Positions 24,142 to 37,211 of a stretch of DNA of 58,691 bases are shown piece by piece. This stretch comes from Chara braunii (lineage: Eukaryota; Plantae; Charophyceae): positions 3,227,744-3,286,434 of the forward strand of contig BFEA01000012.1 in NCBI GenBank assembly GCA_003427395.1. The letters are read 5' to 3'. A program made the position numbers and the translations under genes. Every line of letters starts with the position of its first letter. The first letter of the stretch is position 1. The notes below the pieces were generated by a model, which saw nothing but the letters and a program-made list of their open reading frames with translations, had not been told where the DNA came from and did no database searches.

Positions 24142-24892
24142 TTCAGCCTCTACTGATTGATGAGTCGGTGAAACTCCGACGAAACAGTTTGCCACAGCCC
24201 CTCGTTTGTTCTACTCCTCTCCCTTCTCCCTCCCTCTCTGCCCACGCTTTACCGGGCAGCTCTGTTTGACTATATATATATATATATATGTCCTCTTCTC
24301 TCTCTCTGCCTACGGTTTACCGGGCAGTTCTATTTGTGACGATATATATAACTCTATTTGTTATTATATTCTATTTTTTATTATATATTCTATACTGTAC
24401 ATATAATATGTTCTATACTGTATATATATATTGTATATATATAATAATATTGTATATATATAATAATATAATAATATAAATATAATAATATAATAATATA
24501 ATAGAGAATATAATAGAAATATAGAAAGAGTCAATTTTATACATTTTATATTTCTATTATATTTTCATCTATTTATATTTGTATTTTGAATTTTATATAT
24601 ATATCGTCACAAATAGAACTGCCCGGTAAACCGTAGGCAGAGAGAGAGAAGAGGACAACAAACGAGGGGCTGTGTGACAAACTGTTTCGTCGGAGTTTCA
24701 CCGACTCATCAGGAGGCTGAACCCTCAACAGTCTGCAGAATCCCCTCACTGATTACACTGTAAATGATAATCTACCTTAACCAAAATCAAAGTAGACTAT
24801 CACTCACCCACACCAGTGAGTGATAGTCTACTTTGATTTTGGTTAAGGTAGATTATCATTTACAGTGTAATCAGTGAGGGGATTCTGCAGAA
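24142..24892. mobile_element. Tail-to-tail cluster of hammerhead-bearing repeats with an inverted 5' fragment
   Basis: + copy 24142-24350 (two tandem 3' modules), AT-rich spacer, - copy 24597-24806, then inverted duplicate of its 5' part at 24815-24892. Confidence 0.75.
24678..24735 (-). ncRNA. Type III hammerhead ribozyme, intact core
   Basis: Minus-strand RNA CAGACUGUU-GAGG-guucag-CCUC-CUGAUGA-GUCGG-ugaaacu-CCGAC-GAAA-CAGUUUG. 8-bp stem III, GUU cleavage triplet, 4-bp stem I, 5-bp stem II, all core nucleotides present. Predicted cut between 24727 and 24726. Confidence 0.9.
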
Positions 24893-24897
24893 CTCCC

Positions 24898-25017
24898 TAC
24901 CATCTTCACCCGAATAGATCGCCCAGTCATTATAGCTGTATTGGGCCCAATTTCCAGACCAGATGCAGCGATAAATTGCCCATAATGACTGGTAGTTTTA
25001 CTCGCGTGAAGAAGGTA
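24898..25017. mobile_element. MITE family A
   Basis: taccatcttcacccgaatag..gtgaagaaggta. Confidence 0.75.
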
Positions 25018-25525
25018 TCATCCGTTGTATTGGCTTTCATAAACTTGTAACACTCCAGCAGATATTGGCTTCCATAAACTGCGTTCGTTCGTTCCCTCCA
25101 CTGAATCATTGCCTGTCATTGCCTGTCATATGCGCCCCTGGCCTGGCATCCACGGATTCCACGCCCCTATTCCAGACACCTCGAGGATGTGTGAAGCACT
25201 CTCATTTTGCATGTCGAGGACGTCTGAGTGCTGCTGAGAAGGACATCGCCGCTGCCTCTCCACAGCAGTGCCGTTAGTTGTTTCTTTTAAAAGTTTGAAA
25301 AAGGGGAGTGGAAAAAAGTTCAAAAAAGTTCAAAAAACACTGGCTAGCGAATTACCGACGGTCCGGCGACGGATACCCTCACAAACACGAAAGGTGAGCT
25401 GGCGCTCGAGCAAGACGAAGGAAATGGCGAAGAAGAGAGGGAACAAGGGAAAACATGGCACAAAGGTTTCACGCAGCTCACTTTACCCCTCAGCCTTCTC
25501 ATGCACAATTCCCTTCACATGGCAG

Positions 25526-25559
<34 letters not shown>

Positions 25560-26769
25560 AATGAATGAATGAATGAATGAATGAAAGAAAGAACTGGAAG
25601 AGCAACAAATTCAGGGGGCGCAAGGTCTCCAATCCAATTGCGTTGGCTGGAGCCCCTCCCCTGTAGAAGCCACCGGCCACAATTCCGAAAAGAAATGTAA
25701 GAAAATTCCCTCCGCTACAAAGCAGAATTTTCACAATTTCCTAATTAGGGTCCAAGAAACTCCTCGGCGAAGGTCCTAATTAGGGGGCCGCTAGCAGTTC
25801 GTAAGTCACACACCTCAACAAATTTCGTAGGTAGGGTTAACCGTAATTCCCAATTAACAATCCCCCAAAAGGCAAATCTTAACAAAATAAAAAAAAAACG
25901 AATTTCACAGTTACATCCACCCATTCCATCTTTTTTTTTTTCTTTTCTTTTTTTCTTTTTAAGCTGTCTTCTTACATTGGGGGACACAGTTTCAAGAACC
26001 ATGTTATTATATTTTCTAAATTATAGTACAAGTGCCTTACTCCATGCCTTGCGGCCCTTGCCACAGGTTTCTAGCACCAGAGCATGACCCAAATACACCT
26101 CAGCTCACCTCGTCTCCAACCATAACAGTTTCAGGTTTTTCTCAAGCCAAACTGCAAAGTTGTGCAAACCAGTGCACGCAATGGACACCATGCTTTTCAA
26201 CAACAACAACAACAACAACAACAAAAAAAAAAAAAAAAAAAGCGACAGCCTTGACATATTATTATGCATCTGCCCAGCCCTAGGTAATTCACGAATTTCG
26301 TTCATCTGTTTCCATCGGGATTCGGGATTCCCGTCTGCGTTTCAACAGTTTACGGGTGCTCGTCGGTCGGACGGCGACGATGCTTCTACAAGCAAATATA
26401 TTTATCTCGGGATTTTCCGGCGTTTCACGGTGCGTGCAAACAGCCATTTCCGAGACTGCAACACACGTCATTTTTTGTTTTTCACACCAAATTTGACACA
26501 CAAACCTCGGTTGTTGGGCTCGTCACAAAAAGCAAAAGCAGAAAACAACTAAGAAAAATGTCACGTGACTCACGTCATGAATTATGTGACAAATACCTGT
26601 TCATAGTATTTAGTGCTTGGAGAGTTTAAACTGTTTAAACTGTTTAACCACCAGTACACCCGAGGCTAAATGTACAAAGTTACTACAAACTTACAAAGTT
26701 AGTACAAACCTAAATTTTGAAATTCACCAGGGGGGCGGGGGCATGAGAGCAAAACAAAATCCGAAAAAA

Positions 26770-26963
26770 AAGTATTAAAAAAAAAATGATGTTATGCAGA
26801 AAAATAAACTGAACAACTTCAGCCTCAGGGTCACATCGAAATTCTTTACCAAATTTGAACTGAAGTTACTAAACAATAAAATTTTAAAAATTATATTTTT
26901 TTCTTTTCTTTTTTTTTTTTGCCCCAGCCGGGCAAGTGGTCTGGGGCCATTCTGGTAGCCTAG
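26770..26963. mobile_element. hAT-like MITE family C, partial
   Basis: Conserved internal motif plus right TIR TGGTAGCCTAG. Confidence 0.65.
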
Positions 26964-26990
26964 CTATTTGAGTGCTTGGGCTAGCTAAAT

Positions 26991-27038
<48 letters not shown>

Positions 27039-28828
27039 GAAACATTGTCTTTAGGAGAGGTGGTACCTAAATTATGAAATTCACCGGAGCATGAAAGCGA
27101 GCAGTACCACGGCTTGGAAAACTGAGGGTGATACTACTGGACCCGGCCTCAGCCCGGGACCTGCTGCCGGAAGATGGAACAAAAAGGAGGCTGGTGTTTT
27201 TACTCGTTTACACCCTGGGCCAGCCAAACATCCACAGGCGAGAGCGCGTGCATCTAGCCCATTTCAGGTGCCAGATGCAGGCACCTGATCATCATGAATG
27301 GCTGCCTGTTTTCTAGCCGAACGGGCAGTAGTATATATAGATCTTTTTCTTTGACATTGAGACATTGAAAATGAAGTAAAAAAACTAGAAATCTAGGACC
27401 TTTCTACTCGACACGAGATCCCTGCTCTCATTCGGAAAAAAAAAAAAAAAAAAAAAAAAAAAACTTCGGGACCTACCGTTGTCTTGTGTGTGCTGACCGC
27501 TGTGCCGCCACATGCTCCACCAATCCATTCATAATTTCATAGTCCGACTGCATGTGGCACACTTCCTGCACCAAATACATGCACGGATTTCCACAGCATC
27601 GCCCATTTTCCTTAATGGGCACTCACCGAGAAAAGGTTACTTTCTTTTTTTTTTCCCCATTTTTCCTTTTTTTCCTTTCTGGACCTGCCACTGCGAAACG
27701 GTAAGTCAGTTCTTTTTTTTTTCCACTTTTCCTTTTTTTCTGGCCCTGCCCCTGTTTCTGCGCATGTATGGAGACACAGAAAGGATGCAGATACACAAAA
27801 AAATTGGAGGCATGAAAAACTGAACTTTGAATCACTGCAGTGACTGCAAAGTTGCCTAGGTTGCGCGCTTCTGCCCCTTTTCTCAAATTCAAGGCCTTTT
27901 TTTTTCTACCCTCCTATGTTTTGTCACTCTGTTCGTGTGTTTCAGGTTTTTTTTTGTTTTTTTTTTTGTTTCGATAGTAGACATTGTCTCATCCGTGCAA
28001 GGGTTTTCACATCCATGGACTGAACCATCGTGCAAAGCAACAGTCCATTTGCCCTTTTCCGCTGCGCCCACTGGCTTCGCACCGTGTTCGACTATCGGGC
28101 CTTCCCCAGGCGGCGTGGATGACGACCAGGCGACGAGTTTTTTTCAGGAAGGCTGGGTGGTTCAAAGTATGGGCTGAAAAGGGAAGTCCGTATTAAACCA
28201 CCAGTCCTTCTGTGCCTCTTTTTTCCAACACACTCTGCTTCCCGATGCACCCCCCCCTCAGCTGGTATAGCGCNNNNNNNNNNNNNNNNNNNNNNNNNNN
28301 NNNNNNNNNNNNNNNNNNNNNNNNNNNNNNNNNGCTCATTTTGGCTGCACCACACCGGAAAGATAACTTGTATACATTTGTTATCAGGTTGCGTTGTGTT
28401 TGCCACCCTGATAGCTAATGCATACAAGCTATCTCTCCGGTCAGGTGCAACCAAACTGAGGTTGTATCCTGCACGGAAGCCGTGTGTGTGAGAGAGAGAG
28501 AGAGAGAGCATCAACCCCGTGCACAAGGCACCCGGAGTCCCCCTGATAACGCATGTATACAAGCTGTCATTGACGTCGGCTTTGGCCAAAATAAGGGTGC
28601 GCTGTGTCCAGGGGAGAATGGGAGTGTCGAGGGGGAAGTGGAGGGAAGGAGAGCATGGGCGTGAGAGAGAGGGAGAGGGAGATTCGAGCGGCCCCCGTAC
28701 ACAGCGCACCCTAAACCCCCCTATAACGAATGTATACAAGCTATCATTCCAGTTGGATTCGACCAAAATGAGGGTGCGTTGTGTATGGGGGAAGATCGGA
28801 GTGCGGGGGGGGGAGAAGCAGCTCGCAT

Positions 28829-28864
<36 letters not shown>

Positions 28865-29024
28865 CCCTTTTTTTTCTTTTTTTTTCTCAAAAAATACGCC
28901 CCCACTTGCTAGTGAGAGAGATCCCATGTTTTTTCCCCTGAAAACCGATTTTCGCAAAATCAATTTCTCCCAACACAATGCGCGCTTGCGAGAGAGAGAG
29001 ATCCCGTGTTTTCTCCCCGAGAAC

Positions 29025-29398
29025 CTAGGCTACCAGTTGTCCGATGGCAGGACGTCCTGGGCGGACAGTCAGGGGGGTCCCGGACGTCCCGGCCCGGACA
29101 ACTCCATTTTTAGCAATTAAAAACACGAAAAAAAAATTTAAAAAAAGGGTTTTATTTTATTTTATTTTTTATTTTAAACTTGGCAGCGAATTTGGATATG
29201 ATTCCAAGGCAAAAATTGTTCAGTTTAGTTTTCTGTATAACATACTTTTTTTTCAGATTTTTCTGAGGACTTTCTTTTTTTTTTTTTTTTTTTTTTTCGG
29301 GCTCGGACGGACTGGCCGGGGAGGACGTCCGCCCAGTTGTCCGATTGGACAACCCCGGACGGTCAGGGGGGTCCCGGACGTCCGATCAGGTAACCTAG
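29025..29398. mobile_element. hAT-like MITE family C variant
   Basis: CTAGGCTACC..GGTAACCTAG; TSD CCGAGAAC/CCGAAAAC (7/8); uninterrupted paralogous site at ~28930-28980. Confidence 0.8.
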
Positions 29399-29506
29399 CC
29401 GAAAACTGATTTTGGCAAATTCGATTTCTCCCAACACAACACCCCCTCATTTTTGCTGAATCTGACGGAAAATATGGCTTGTATACATCGTTATCCGCTT
29501 ACGTTG

Positions 29507-29566
<60 letters not shown>

Positions 29567-29692
29567 CGGCTGCAATACCCAATCTCCCCGCACTATGCAC
29601 CCTCATTTTGGCTTCACCAGACTGGAAAGATAGCTTGTATACATTCCTTATTAGGGTGGCAAACACAACACACACCTGATAACAAATTTATA

Positions 29693-29738
<46 letters not shown>

Positions 29739-29757
29739 GTGCGAATACATATACTAT

Positions 29758-30040
29758 CTAGGCTACCAGAGTGGCCCGGGGTCACTTGCCAGGCCGGGCC
29801 AAAAAAATAAAAAATAAATAAAAATAAAACAAGTATTTTTAAATTTTATTTTTTATTTTAAATTTGGTGAAGAATTCCGATGTAACCCTGAGGCAAAAGT
29901 TGTTCAGGTTATTTTTCTGCATAACATAGTTTTTTTTTGGATTTTTTGGATTTTGTTTTTTTTTTTCTTTTGCTGGGACCTTCCTCGGTCCTTGCACGGG
30001 CTGGCCACCCGGGACCCGGGCGGCCCGGTTGGTAGCCTTG
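29758..30040. mobile_element. hAT-like MITE family C
   Basis: CTAGGCTACCA..TGGTAGCCTTG; TSD TATACTAT/TACACTAT (7/8). Confidence 0.8.
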
Positions 30041-30569
30041 TACACTATGCATTAAAAAAAAAAAAAAAACACAAAAGAACTTTCAATCTCCCCCCCTCCT
30101 CTAGATACTAAACTTCAGGGCCCATTGCCCCATGTTTTTTTTTTTTTTTAGCCCCATAAATCCCGCGAACAATTCATTCGCAGGTAGAGTACAAACTAAT
30201 ACAGCGGCGGTTTTGTACTCGCATGCAAACACATTGTGCGTGAGTACAGAAGAGAAGAAAATTTTGTGCTGGCGACACACCTAGCTGTAGAGGCCTTCAT
30301 GCACGTAGGTCATTCGATGTGTTAATCCACACCTAACAAGATGGAATTTTCAATACAAGAAAGAAAAAGCTGTCATTGATGCAAAATTTCCTAGGAGTCA
30401 CAAGCCTTCGACGACCAGAAGCGCCCCACTCACAAATTTTTCCCAGCCAACTACTGCATCACAAAAACAAATCACAGGGTGACAGGCAGTACTTGGCTGG
30501 GAAAAATTTGTGACAATATGGCTGGAAAATGGACCAGTGGTTTAAACCACCTTGTGCGCGTCACAAAAA

Positions 30570-30639
<70 letters not shown>

Positions 30640-31126
30640 AAAAAGAAGAAAACAGGGCTGTGCTATTACGGACGCACAAGGTGCAGTGATGCACACCCCA
30701 GCGCACCACACGTTGTGCACGCGCATCACACATCCGGCGCACAGCGCTCCGCACACCGCACCGCACCGCACCGCACCGCACAAGTGCGCCGCAAAGATGC
30801 GTTTGACACCTTCACAGCATTCACGTCAAAAAGAAGTTCCTGGCATTCAAACCGCAACGCCCTTCTCAAACAAGATACATTCTGGCCCCAACTAACAGTG
30901 CCCCAGCAACAACCCAACCGTACACCTCACAAGAAAGACAATTGCAGACAACGGCTTGAACACTGCATAACCACACAGCACACTGCTACTGCAATGTTAT
31001 CCCATTTGCCAAATCCGAACGGTGGGTTCATGCCTTTTGGACTTACAATTGTGCACGCATCATGATATACATACTGGCACTGGAAATCACATTGACCGTG
31101 GACACATATGTCTTGTAGGTGTGAAG

Positions 31127-31221
<95 letters not shown>

Positions 31222-32211
31222 TACAGGGGGAATTAGTGTCCCACGCAACTCTCCAACTCTATGCTGTTTCAAATATCCGCTCGTGGATTTTTACGGCTTC
31301 GCCTCTGAAATAACATCTCAATATCTGTGAAATAACATCCTCAATATCTGTGAAATAACATCCTCAAGATATCTGGTGTAACATCTGGTGTATCTATCCC
31401 CTCAATAGATCCAATAGCCGCCTTCTTCACATCCGAAGCCTTCTTCATGAGATCAATTCACAAAAACACATCTAACTCCCATAACTCCCAGAAGCTCTCC
31501 TTTGCTTCACCCAAAGATATTATATCTCCTTTGCTTCACCCAAAGATATTATATCTCCTTTGCTTCACCCACTTCCACCCACTTCCATTGTAGCTTATCT
31601 ACCACCAGCTGTGATACAACCATCCCCCCTTTTCCACATGAGCTGCCCGTTCGTAATCTCAATATGCTTGGAAGCACTGACTGGCACATACACTGCCCCC
31701 CCCAAATCACTTTCACAAACGATTCAACCCCCCCAAATTCCATGCCTGTCATACCCTGCCATTCCCATAATCACCCACTTTAGACCACCTCTCCCTCACT
31801 CACCAGTCATTATATGTGCCACTACCACCATTCCCATCGCCACCACCCCTCCATTCCTTACAGTCATACATCTGCAGACCTTGGCCATCTCCCCCTTCAC
31901 CGCGTTCACGCATCTTTCTCATCTTCCTCACCGCCGAGTGGCCCACTTCTTAAAATTTACGACCATATCTCGCTTCCATCCATGAAGCCTGCAAAGCACC
32001 GAAACGATGAGACATCAGAAGAACCGGGCACACACACATCCGTTGTCAGGAACCGCCATATACCGGGGACCGACCATATCTCGCGTCCCCAAAGCCCGCC
32101 AGCCTGAAACAGGCCGCCGGCAGGCCCAGCTGGATGTAAGGCACACCAGGCCCCTTTCACGGCTAAGTGTAGCCATTTACAGTGGAACAAGTTACAACCT
32201 GTTAAAACAAA

Positions 32212-32251
<40 letters not shown>

Positions 32252-32257
32252 TACAAC

Positions 32258-32367
32258 CTGCAGTCCTTTGGGGAGGAAAAACCCAAGCAGCGAAAGGATG
32301 AGAAGTCGGAAGCAGCAGTGGCGAAATGTCAAAGGCAAGCATGGGAAGGCAGCTGTGCAGCTCCAAC
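32258..32367 (-). CDS. Possible next exon of the multi-RRM protein
   Basis: cag|G..G|gttgta, phase 2/1, open: RLELHSCLPMLAFDISPLLLPTSHPFAAWVFPPQRTA; weak donor, no clear motif. Confidence 0.4.
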
Positions 32368-32526
32368 CTGCCGCACGGAATTATACACCTCGACGACCTC
32401 GTACAGAAGATTAAAGATCGAGGGCCAATACGTTGTGCTGAACAGCAATACACGCACTTACACACAAACAACTTTTGGTTGAGTGTGCCCACTTCCGAAT
32501 CCCTTATCACATTCAAGACTTGGAAG

Positions 32527-32650
<124 letters not shown>

Positions 32651-33003
32651 CAAACCCCATTCAAAGCGCGTCCAAAATATGACTAGATTCAAACATAAGG
32701 CCGGATTCTGCTCAGGCCAAAAGCATGAATTGAATTGGGCCGGAGGTCGATCCCGTAACCCCTGAGGACAATTTCAGAGATGCTAACAAAGAGGGACGGC
32801 GGGGGAATACATCTCTCTGCAGACGCATAACTCAGACCGGAACACGGCAGCGATTCCACGATGATTGCATTCCACCCTCCATCATCCTCCCAGGTCCACA
32901 GAAAAAAGCCCATGCAGAAACACCAACATGCAGTAGCGCCAACTCGAGAGGGGACCCGCAAGTCAAGATGAGAGGGACATTCCCAGTGGAGAATTACACG
33001 TAC

Positions 33004-33116
33004 CTTGTCCCATCTCGTGCCACGCGAGCGACACATGCATTTGCAACGCTATCAAAAAAAACCACGCAAGTCCGAAACTCCTCTTCCGTCAGTGCCTTCG
33101 TCCCTAGTTTAAGATC
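33004..33116 (-). CDS. Multi-RRM protein exon (RRM3 RNP1/helix 2)
   Basis: cag|GAT..AG|gtacgt, phase 0/2: DLKLGTKALTEEEFRTCVVFFDSVANACVARVARDGT; parallels the RRM2 exon. Confidence 0.85.
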
Positions 33117-34275
33117 CTGCACCCGGCCAGCAGGATTAAGCGTGTCAATGAGATGTCAAACTCTCAAGCGATCCAACGACTGTGTATTGATTAGCAGATC
33201 GCATATATTCATCGCACAGCATAGACTCTATTAGACTGTCACATAGCACTGAAGACAGCATTCCTTAGTGAACGTACAGTTGGACCACACGAGCAGTGAA
33301 GGTACGGGGTTGGAGCACACGAGCAGTGAAGGTACAGGGATAGAACACACGAGCCGTTAGGAGCAAAGAGTGTGTGAATCCCTTCGCGGGATATAGAAAA
33401 GAGCGATTAAAACCTCCAATGATCTTATCTAACGTTGTGTGAATCCCTTTAAACAACGACATCACCAACAACGTCAACCATTCTTTTCTGTGCTGCACTG
33501 TTTACAGCTTGACATGCAGAAACACCAAAAAAATAGCCCCTCCCCCCCCCCCCCCCCCCCCCCCCACTATTTGCCGCAAATAGGATTGCTGCCTCAGTGC
33601 AAAAAAAAGCTCGCACACATCCTTCAAGATTACCTGGTTTGGTAGGTAATAGAACTTCAAAGCGAGATCTTATAGATAAATATCATTAAAATATGGATAT
33701 TGTGTATATTTATTCGAAAGATCTTTCAATTACTTCTCCTTCTCAATCTTTAGAGGGGGTAGTCCCTAACATTACTGTTTTCATCAGAACTAAAACTTCC
33801 AATATTATGTCTACTAATAAATTAGTAATAATCATATCCCTTCCAAGGATAATCATTAATCACCAATATTATTGTTTTCATCAGAACTTGACAAACTGAA
33901 ATATACATTTACCATACGGCAACAGGTGAGGTACCTCCCCTACTATTATTATTATTTTTTTAATAAAGCAGTACCTCACCTGCTCTCAAATTTACAGTCG
34001 CAAGGATACAAAAGTTGGAACGTTCGACATCATTAAGTAAACTCCTAGGAATCCATGTCCAATCCCTTGCAAGGATAATCATTAATCACCAATATTTATT
34101 TTTTTACAAAACGGCCCTGCTCTTGCAAGGATAATCACCAATATCGATCATAGTGTACCTTTCTTCCTGCAAACATTTCCTTGCCAAGCGAGTGCACCAT
34201 GCGCCATGCGCAAATTACTAAATTATTAAAATTAGTGATGCACCTTTTTTTTTTTTTTGTGTGTATGTGTATACG

Positions 34276-34327
<52 letters not shown>

Positions 34328-34328
34328 N

Positions 34329-34383
<55 letters not shown>

Positions 34384-34529
34384 AGGGAGGGAGGGAGGGA
34401 TCCCCTTAACACAGCTCAGACGGCCAATGCAGGCAATCTGAAGGGTCCTCGCGTTACGGTAGCGCAGACCCTCCACCAAAATTGAGGCAGGCAGTGAATA
34501 TGAAGTAGAGCACGAGCTGGCCGAATTTA

Positions 34530-34591
34530 TACTCAGGATTCGAATTCAGGTCTGTGTTTCAGCAGTTATGGGTTTCTCACATAGCTAGGCC
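34530..34591 (-). mobile_element. Head of the same tRNA-derived SINE family
   Basis: gcctagct..acccataactgctgaaacacagacctgaattcgaatcc aligns to 15417-15473; a further partial copy at ~35179-35225 (+). Confidence 0.6.
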
Positions 34592-35147
34592 CTGTCGGTC
34601 TCTGCACGTGATTCTCAGGGCTTGGATACACTACTCACGAGATGTGCAAAATTAGAATGAACCTTCTGCAGAATGTGGAATAATACGCCGCCATAAGTTT
34701 GGCCTTTTGAGCATGTGGTGAGTAGAGGCCCTTAGGGCCACTGCACGTATTCATAAGGAAAGAAAAACGAGAAAAGAAAAATAGTGACACTTCGGCTTCA
34801 CCAGCGGAGATATTTGGCTTCGGCCTTCTGGCTGGTTGTGGAAGTGGTGATTGGTCTTCCCAGCCCGCGCTAGGTGCTAGGAGCTTGGGTGCTGCTCCCC
34901 GCACAGAGCAGAGATTGGTAGGGTTAGACCCATAACCCTGCTGCTGTTCAGGATTGAGCAGGGTATTTAAGGCGGTTTGCTCCTGGTGATTCTAGCTTAG
35001 TTGGTTATTCGCTGCTTGTGATTCCAGGTCTTTCCATAAGATTAAGCGTAGAACGTAGACATGGGTAGTTAGTGCGAGACAAATTGAGAGAAGATAATAG
35101 GGTACGAAAAAATCCAACTGTCCCCCATATGAGGAGAAGGCAGCTGT

Positions 35148-35179
<32 letters not shown>

Positions 35180-35899
35180 TGACCCATAACCGAGATGCAC
35201 AGACCGGAATTCAAATCCAGACTATATATTCTCTGCACACGCTTACAAAGTGGAAGTTTGAAGTGTACCTCTGCTGCACGTGGGATCCTACCGTCCTAGC
35301 TTATTCGCTGTTAAGGGCCCTTCGGAAAAGAGGCTGGACACAATTAGGACATGAATATTCACCACATGCATAGACATGGTCCCCAGCTTTGAGGGTATGG
35401 CGTGGCCCCGACTTTTCTCCCTCTTGCTTTCTGATTTTGAGAAGCGAGGGGAATGTTTGGTCACCCCACCCTGTCCTTTCTTTTTTTTCTTTTTTTCTTT
35501 TTTTGCGACTCGCCGCATCACGTGCGCGCGCGTGCAAGTGTGTGCACTCTGCGCCGCATGTGCCGCATCCCCGCGCAAGGGATGCCCAGCAAGTATGTTA
35601 TTAACGCATTAGCATTCCCAGTGCGGGCAGAAAGCCCACACATATACCGCAAGAGGTCCAATAATCATCATATGGGCTACATAAATGTTCTTTATCCGAT
35701 TTAGAAGTTTTCAAAAACAGAAAACGACGAAGAAGAAGAAGAAGCACAACAATCAGTTGAACAGTTGCAAGGAATTCAGTATTCAAAACGAGGGNNNNNN
35801 NNNNNNNNNNNNNNNNNNNNNNNNNNNNNNNNNNNNNNNNNNNNNNNNNNNNNNNNNNNNNNNNNNNNNNNNNNNNNNNNNNNNNNNNNNNNNNNNNNN

Positions 35900-35939
<40 letters not shown>

Positions 35940-36071
35940 TAAGCCTATCAAGATCCAGACTCCTCCGTTTCAGGAGTCGAAAGAATACAAGCTCTCTTGC
36001 CGGCAAAACTTCATCCATTTCTAATTTTCTATGCATTCAGTGACCTCTGGGACAGAACCAAGAAGACTCAC

Positions 36072-36125
36072 CTTAAAACCTGGATGAGTAGCAAATATCC
36101 CTCTCACAGCATCCTCCGTTACATC
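36072..36125 (-). CDS. Multi-RRM protein exon (RRM3 helix 1)
   Basis: cag|GAT..AAG|gtgagt, 54 nt: DVTEDAVRGIFATHPGFK (typical xTE..L..LF...PGFK RRM segment). Confidence 0.85.
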
Positions 36126-37174
36126 CTGCTCACAACACAGGAATCACAAGCCAACACCAGGGCGCGTTAACCCCAACTTTTGGGGTCAGAAGTTCGAACC
36201 CAAATGCCACCTTCCCTTTTGGGGTCAGAAGTTCAAACAGTACCCAACTTTGGGGGCCAGAAACAAATGCCCCAAATGATTTGGGGCCAGAAACAAATGC
36301 CGCAAATGATTCATGCTCATCAGCAAACTGCAGTGACTACACAAAACACTAGAAATTCGCAGACGTCAAAAGAAATTGAAGCCTTAAAATAAAAATGAAA
36401 ACTTTGCGGCAAACCAGGGAGGCTATGGCATGGAAGGAGGGTTCGGTTGTGGCCGCCCCCCCCTTCTTGATAGGCATCTACGACGGGCAGGGTGTAAGGC
36501 TGTCCCCTTTTCTGGAGATGCTGTGTGCATTTGAATTTTGAACTCATCCTTGCCGGTGACAAGTAACCGGACTGATGGCCCCAGAATAGAAGGGGGGCTT
36601 CGTTTTAACCACCAGTACCTTTGTCGTTTCGGAAAACACCGGGCCTCCCACCTTTCAGGAGGCGGAAACGAAACGACGGCCGCCGATTAGATTTATCGAC
36701 GGCAGCCGTCATCGCGCCCTGCCTCCGAATTCTTCGGGAACCCCTCGTTTCTGAAGCAGCAAAGGTACACAGGGAGGGAGGGGGGGGCGGGGGTAAGGCG
36801 TGGAGGGAGCATCGGCAAAGTGGATGCCCATAGGACACATCATGTTTTTTAACCTTGTGGATTTCCATAACAAGGGTGGACAGAAAAAGCTCGAAGCTCA
36901 TCTCCGCACGCGATGGCTCAAAGCTCGAGCCACAACAGCCATAGCGCCAGGTAAACAGTGCATGTGCAGTTGGTTACTCACTCGGAGGTCTTCAGCACCT
37001 AGACTTTGTTGTTGGATTCTCCCAAAGAACACCCACTATAAACAGGATCAGCATGAGGTGGAGAATCCGCAAACACCGATGCAGGGAAGGAACTATACAA
37101 AAAGATTAAGCGGGAAACAAGTTGCCTAAATGCATGCAGCTGAGCTGCTGCTCAGCTCCAACACTTCTCGCGGT

Positions 37175-37211
<37 letters not shown>

